Origin: Candidatus Bathyarchaeia archaeon
Lineage (GTDB): Archaea > Thermoproteota > Bathyarchaeia > Bathyarchaeales > Bathycorpusculaceae
Assembly (NCBI GenBank): GCA_038883775.1
Contig: JAVZLM010000003.1
Span: 1-64,000 of the forward strand
Direction of reading: 5' to 3'
Length of the DNA stretch: 64,000 nucleotides
The notes beneath the pieces were generated by a model. The model was not told where the DNA came from, ran no database searches, and saw only the letters and a list, made by a program, of their open reading frames with translations. Of this stretch, positions 59,605 to 64,000 are shown piece after piece; positions within the stretch are counted from its first letter, which is position 1, and each line of letters starts with the position of its first letter. The translations under genes were made by a program, and so were the position numbers.

Positions 59605-61620
59605 ATGGATAAGAAAAAAATCTTAGATTTAGTTTTTTTACTAACTTTAATTGTCCTTTCAAATTTATCCTATAACATTAAAACCATCAAAGCAAACTCT
59701 ACATTAATCGTAGAAAGCGGCGCGTCTGAAAACTTTCAAAAAATACAGGACGCTATAAACGCTGCAAATCCTGGAGATGTTATCCTTGTGCGTAACGGGG
59801 TATACTACGAAAATGTGTGCATCAACAAAACAATATCGCTAATTGGAGAAGATAAAAATTCGACAATAATTGATGGTGGCGGTGTCGGCATAGTCCTTAC
59901 AATTATTGCTAACAATGTCAAAGTTCAAGGTTTCACAATACAAAACGGAGGGACAAATTTACCAGATCGTACAATATTCGTGACAAATTGCCGTGAAGTT
60001 ATAATTGAAAATAATATGATCAGAAATTCTCTTTGCGGTATAGAATTAAGGAATTCAAACGCCTGTAAGATTATTAATAATGTTATTATGAGTCATTCGT
60101 GGAAGGGAATTTTCATTGCAGGTAATGATAATGAAGTGTGTTGCAATACCATAGCAAATAATTCTATTGGAGTTTCAATCGCTGCTCCAGTTGCACCTCC
60201 TAATAGATTTTATCGCAATAACTTCGTCAATAACACACTCCAAGCTGAGGGTACGGCAAATTGGGATAATGGTGCAGAAGGCAATTATTGGAGCGATTAT
60301 TCAGGTGAGGATATAAATGGAGATGGAATAGGGGATACTGAAACTCCGCATTTGGGAATAGATTTTCGTCCGTTGATGGAGCCGTGGCGTTCTTTAAGAA
60401 CTTTTTATGTTCCACTTGGGCAAAGAATTTATTGTATCACAATTTTTAGCAATTCTACAATTGCAAGTTTCGAGTTTGATCATCTGTTGAAGAGAATACG
60501 CTTTAACTCGACCGGGCCTTATGGAGTGTTCTCTTTTTGTAACGCTTCTATTCCGAAAGAATTACTAATAGGTCCTTTTGCGGTTTCTTTAGATGATATT
60601 CCAATAACTTTAATTGTGAACTCGAATGAAACGCATTCCTTTATATATTTTAACTACACTCTGTCCACTCATAAAATTCAAATTGATGGTTCATACATAA
60701 AACCTGTAGCCAATTTTGCTCCCTCCACCTTTATTCAAGCGACACATGAACCTGTATTTTTCAATGCGTCATTAAGTTACGATCCTGATGGTAATATAAC
60801 CATATACTATTGGGATTTTGGTGACGGTTCAACCCTCGAAAATAGTGCGTTTGTCTCGCATAAGTATGCTTTGTCCGGAAGATATCATGTGAGTTTAACG
60901 GTGAAGGATGATGATAACTTGACGGATACTTATGCAGTTGATGTCATTATAGGTGAGAAAATAGATGTTGAAGTTGATGTTGGCGTGTTATACTTTAAGG
61001 GGGAAACAGCCGAATTTTATGTTATAACTTCAATTTTGGGTCAGCCTTTGAATGTTACAAGTATTAGGGCAGAACTCTACTATAAAGGAACATTGTTTGC
61101 AAATTTAAGCGGTAGTGTTCAGCATGTTGCTGACGGAGTTTATCGAATAGTTTATAGAATACCTCTTCAAGCGGCTAATGGCACTTATGCTTTGGTCGTT
61201 GCTGTTGATTGTGGTTCGCTTAAGGGTTTCTCTCTTAAATGCTTCTTGGTTGATGGGTGGATTGAGGCTACTTTAGCAGATATTAAAAATGGAATTGCAA
61301 CTATTATAGTGCCAAATCTCGGAGAAATCGAAGCTAACTTGACCCAAATTAATGCGAGATTAATTGGAATAGAGGGGGTCTTCGGAATACTGAATTCATC
61401 CCTGGGCGAAATCAAGGTTAATTTAAATTCAATTAATGCTTCAATTGTTGAGGTTAAGGGTAGTTGCGTTATTTTTGAAACAGGTCTTGGCGAGATTGCT
61501 TTCTCATTGGATGGTCTTCACTCAGCTGTTTCCTTAGGAATTGTTGTGGTGTGTGCGTTATCCGTGTTAACAGTCACTTTAACTTCGGTTTGCCTTGCAC
61601 TTCTTAGAAGAAGGCGTTAG
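59605..61620 (+). CDS. Surface protein with NosD-like beta-helix, PKD domain and C-terminal membrane anchor
   Basis: IQDAINAA..GD, GNYWSDY.G.D..GDGIGD, SYDPDG..YYWDFGDG, TM plus RRRR. Confidence 0.85.
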   Translation: MDKKKILDLVFLLTLIVLSNLSYNIKTIKANSTLIVESGASENFQKIQDAINAANPGDVILVRNGVYYENVCINKTISLIGEDKNSTIIDGGGVGIVLTIIANNVKVQGFTIQNGGTNLPDRTIFVTNCREVIIENNMIRNSLCGIELRNSNACKIINNVIMSHSWKGIFIAGNDNEVCCNTIANNSIGVSIAAPVAPPNRFYRNNFVNNTLQAEGTANWDNGAEGNYWSDYSGEDINGDGIGDTETPHLGIDFRPLMEPWRSLRTFYVPLGQRIYCITIFSNSTIASFEFDHLLKRIRFNSTGPYGVFSFCNASIPKELLIGPFAVSLDDIPITLIVNSNETHSFIYFNYTLSTHKIQIDGSYIKPVANFAPSTFIQATHEPVFFNASLSYDPDGNITIYYWDFGDGSTLENSAFVSHKYALSGRYHVSLTVKDDDNLTDTYAVDVIIGEKIDVEVDVGVLYFKGETAEFYVITSILGQPLNVTSIRAELYYKGTLFANLSGSVQHVADGVYRIVYRIPLQAANGTYALVVAVDCGSLKGFSLKCFLVDGWIEATLADIKNGIATIIVPNLGEIEANLTQINARLIGIEGVFGILNSSLGEIKVNLNSINASIVEVKGSCVIFETGLGEIAFSLDGLHSAVSLGIVVVCALSVLTVTLTSVCLALLRRRR

Positions 61621-61719
61621 CTTCTTCTCAGTTGAAAATTCGCTTAAAGTGTGACGAGCAGTAAACTATAAAAATGTATGCTTGTATTACAGTTTAAAGA
61701 TTTGGAAGGTGATAAAGCT

Positions 61720-64000
61720 ATGCGTAAAAATGCGTTGAGCTTGCTGCTTAGTCTTTTAATCTTCTTTGACCTCATCGTCTTTGTTGCTGGCCTTTCGATA
61801 GTTAATCCTAAGACAAGTCCAGGGTTTTTCGTCAGCGAATCTGAACATGACATTAAAATAATTCTTGAGGCGCCCGCGAACATTTTGTTGGGATATTCTT
61901 CTCCATTAAAAGCTACTGCAGTTAACGTGGGTTCTTCTGCTGAGACTAATGTAACATTATGCCTATTTATCGATGGCGCTGTTGTTGCTTCAAAGAGTGC
62001 AGATTTGGCCGTTGGTTCTAACAGTTCTGTTTCTTACACTTGGGTTCCTGGCCTTACATTGGAACAAGTGGAGCTTCCCAGATGGATTAATGATGTAAGC
62101 TTCAGCTATAATATCACTGCTTATGCCTATCCTGTCGAAGGCGAAACCAACATTGCAGACAATGTAGAAACTAAGATAGTTAATGTGTGGAACCCTGTTT
62201 TATATGTGGAGTCTCCTCCGCCTAAGAATGTCGGTGAAACTTTTACCATATCCGTTAAAGTGGCTAATTTAACAGATAAGATGATTCCTCATCCTGATCC
62301 TGCTAGGGCAGCTATTGGAAGCAAGGCTAATCTCGGAAACTTGTACGGTTTAGACATTGAATTTTCTTGGGATCCAAATATCCTCGAGTACGTAAGTCAC
62401 ACACCAACTATACCCATAGAAACTTATCCTGGAGGAGTTTTACATGCGCCTCTCCTTGAGCCATGGATTAATAACACAGTGTATGCGAGTGATGGCTTTT
62501 ACAGAATTACCGTTTCTTCTCTGTCGCCAGCGCCAGTGTTTAATAATCCATATGGGTCTAACACCGTTTTCAATATGACTTTCAGAGTGAAAAGTAAAGG
62601 AGGCTGTCTTTTAAAGCTGAGGTTCAGTGATCTCTCGCGAAAATGGGAGCTTGGTCAAGATTTGTTGATATTCCATGCTCGTCTTGATGGAGCTTTTGAA
62701 ACGGTGGGGGCTCCCAAAGCTGTTTTCACATGTTGGCCACCAGACGCAGCTGTTGCAAATAAGACAGTGCATTTTGATGCATCTGGAAGTTATGATCCAG
62801 ACGGATCCATAAATCTTTACATTTGGGACTTTGGGGATGGATCAAAGCAGAACACGACGGATCCTGTGGTGAGTCACAATTACACTAAAGAGGGACTTTA
62901 TTCCATAACTCTTAGAGTGAGAGATAATGAAGGCTCATTGAGTGTGCCGGTGATTAAGCGTCTTTGGGTTGTGAAGAAACGAGACATAAAATTAGAAACT
63001 ATCGGAGTTTCATCTAAATTGTTGCTGCAGAATTTGACGTTGACTATTAGTGTTAAAATAAAGAATTATGGAGATTGGGCGGAGAGTTTTATGGTTTCAG
63101 TGTACTACAATAAAACGGCTGTTGACACTGATACGCTTTGGGAACCTATAAGTGTGCAAAGTGTAGTTAAGATGGCTGAGTTAAGTGAGTTGACATTAAA
63201 GTTTTATTGGAATACAAGTGGCGTAACTCCAGAGGCATACTATTACATTATGGCGAATGCGACGGAACTTCCACATGAGGAGAGGGTGAATGATAATGTA
63301 CTGCTTTCCTCTGAAGCAGTGTTCATCACTGCTGAGATACGTCATGACGTAGCGGTTGTAGACATAGACATTAAAGCATCCGTGGGAACCACAGAGTTTA
63401 ATCTTCCAGTGTTGCGAGGTGAAAACGTGACAGTGCATTTAACTGTAGCGAGCGTGGGCAATGTTCCTGAAACATGTGATGTTACGCTTCATGTAATTGC
63501 TCCTAATGGTACGCTTTTGTTGAGTAAGACTTGGGAAGCTCTGAACTTAGATCCTGGCGACACACTGCGGTTAACGTATATTTTCAGCTCAGCTGATTTA
63601 TTAGGAGGAAACTACACAGCCAGCGTTAGTGCCGTAATTCAGGAGGAAGATTATAATCCTGATGATAATAGCATGGATGAAATTTTCAGAATTATTACCC
63701 CTCCGACTCTAGTGTTTGAAGTTCCAAGCGAAATTCATGTGGGGGACACCATAACTTTCGATGCTTCTGCAAGTGAATTTCCAGATGGAGAAATAGCGGT
63801 GTTTGAGTGGACATTCTATCAAGGTGGTTTGCTTAAATGGATCAAACGTGGAGAAAGCGTGGATGTTACCTTTGACTCTATTGGTCCTTGGAAAGTTCGC
63901 TTAGAAGTATGGGATAACTATGGAATCACTTATCAGGCTGGTCGCCCTCAGACAAGAGCTTACCGTAAAGAAGTGATATTCGATGTTACAGGGAAGACGG
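61720..64000 (+). CDS. Large surface protein (CARDB, cohesin-like, PKD domains); 3'-truncated by window edge and absent from the ORF track
   Basis: ATG 61720 with SD GAAGGTGA and signal peptide MRKNALSLLL; in-frame FDASGSYDPDG..WDFGDG; spot checks stay in frame to the window end. Confidence 0.85.
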   Translation, partial: MRKNALSLLLSLLIFFDLIVFVAGLSIVNPKTSPGFFVSESEHDIKIILEAPANILLGYSSPLKATAVNVGSSAETNVTLCLFIDGAVVASKSADLAVGSNSSVSYTWVPGLTLEQVELPRWINDVSFSYNITAYAYPVEGETNIADNVETKIVNVWNPVLYVESPPPKNVGETFTISVKVANLTDKMIPHPDPARAAIGSKANLGNLYGLDIEFSWDPNILEYVSHTPTIPIETYPGGVLHAPLLEPWINNTVYASDGFYRITVSSLSPAPVFNNPYGSNTVFNMTFRVKSKGGCLLKLRFSDLSRKWELGQDLLIFHARLDGAFETVGAPKAVFTCWPPDAAVANKTVHFDASGSYDPDGSINLYIWDFGDGSKQNTTDPVVSHNYTKEGLYSITLRVRDNEGSLSVPVIKRLWVVKKRDIKLETIGVSSKLLLQNLTLTISVKIKNYGDWAESFMVSVYYNKTAVDTDTLWEPISVQSVVKMAELSELTLKFYWNTSGVTPEAYYYIMANATELPHEERVNDNVLLSSEAVFITAEIRHDVAVVDIDIKASVGTTEFNLPVLRGENVTVHLTVASVGNVPETCDVTLHVIAPNGTLLLSKTWEALNLDPGDTLRLTYIFSSADLLGGNYTASVSAVIQEEDYNPDDNSMDEIFRIITPPTLVFEVPSEIHVGDTITFDASASEFPDGEIAVFEWTFYQGGLLKWIKRGESVDVTFDSIGPWKVRLEVWDNYGITYQAGRPQTRAYRKEVIFDVTGKT

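Noticed and set aside
1-64000. CRISPR array, rRNA, reverse transcriptase/DGR or IS transposase
   Set aside because: None seen by eye. The rRNA-like words at 35585-35630 are sRNA guides, and the IS1-like Zn ribbon at 403 belongs to an integrase.

Overview
Archaeal chromosomal window, most consistent with Bathyarchaeia (eL38, eL22, complete archaeal CODH/ACS cluster, many cohesin/dockerin surface proteins). The first ~9 kb is an integration hotspot at a tRNA-Val(GAC) gene with three nested acquisitions. (i) The right end of a larger element: the C-terminus of a replication-type protein plus a Zn-ribbon tyrosine integrase. (ii) A complete 5,905-bp element bounded by a 44-bp repeat of the tRNA 5' half. 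It carries a split SSV-type integrase with an N-terminal RHH domain, a second Xer-like recombinase, a divergent regulatory switch and a protein resembling spindle-shaped-virus major capsid proteins, but no recognisable replication, packaging or tail genes; it is a candidate mini-provirus or capsid-encoding satellite. (iii) A one-gene AlkZ-like islet bounded by a 12-bp repeat of the tRNA 3' end. The rest is core and accessory genome: MetF-like and split MetE genes next to cooC-cooC-cdhABCDE, a pentameric ligand-gated ion channel, a presenilin/archaemetzincin/beta-CASP run, an ABC transporter, an unannotated box C/D sRNA predicted to guide 16S C1402 and 23S C1920 methylation, DNA ligase, cohesin-dockerin surface proteins and a peptidase cluster with two TldD/PmbA pairs. 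All calls are by eye from motifs; no database searches were run.
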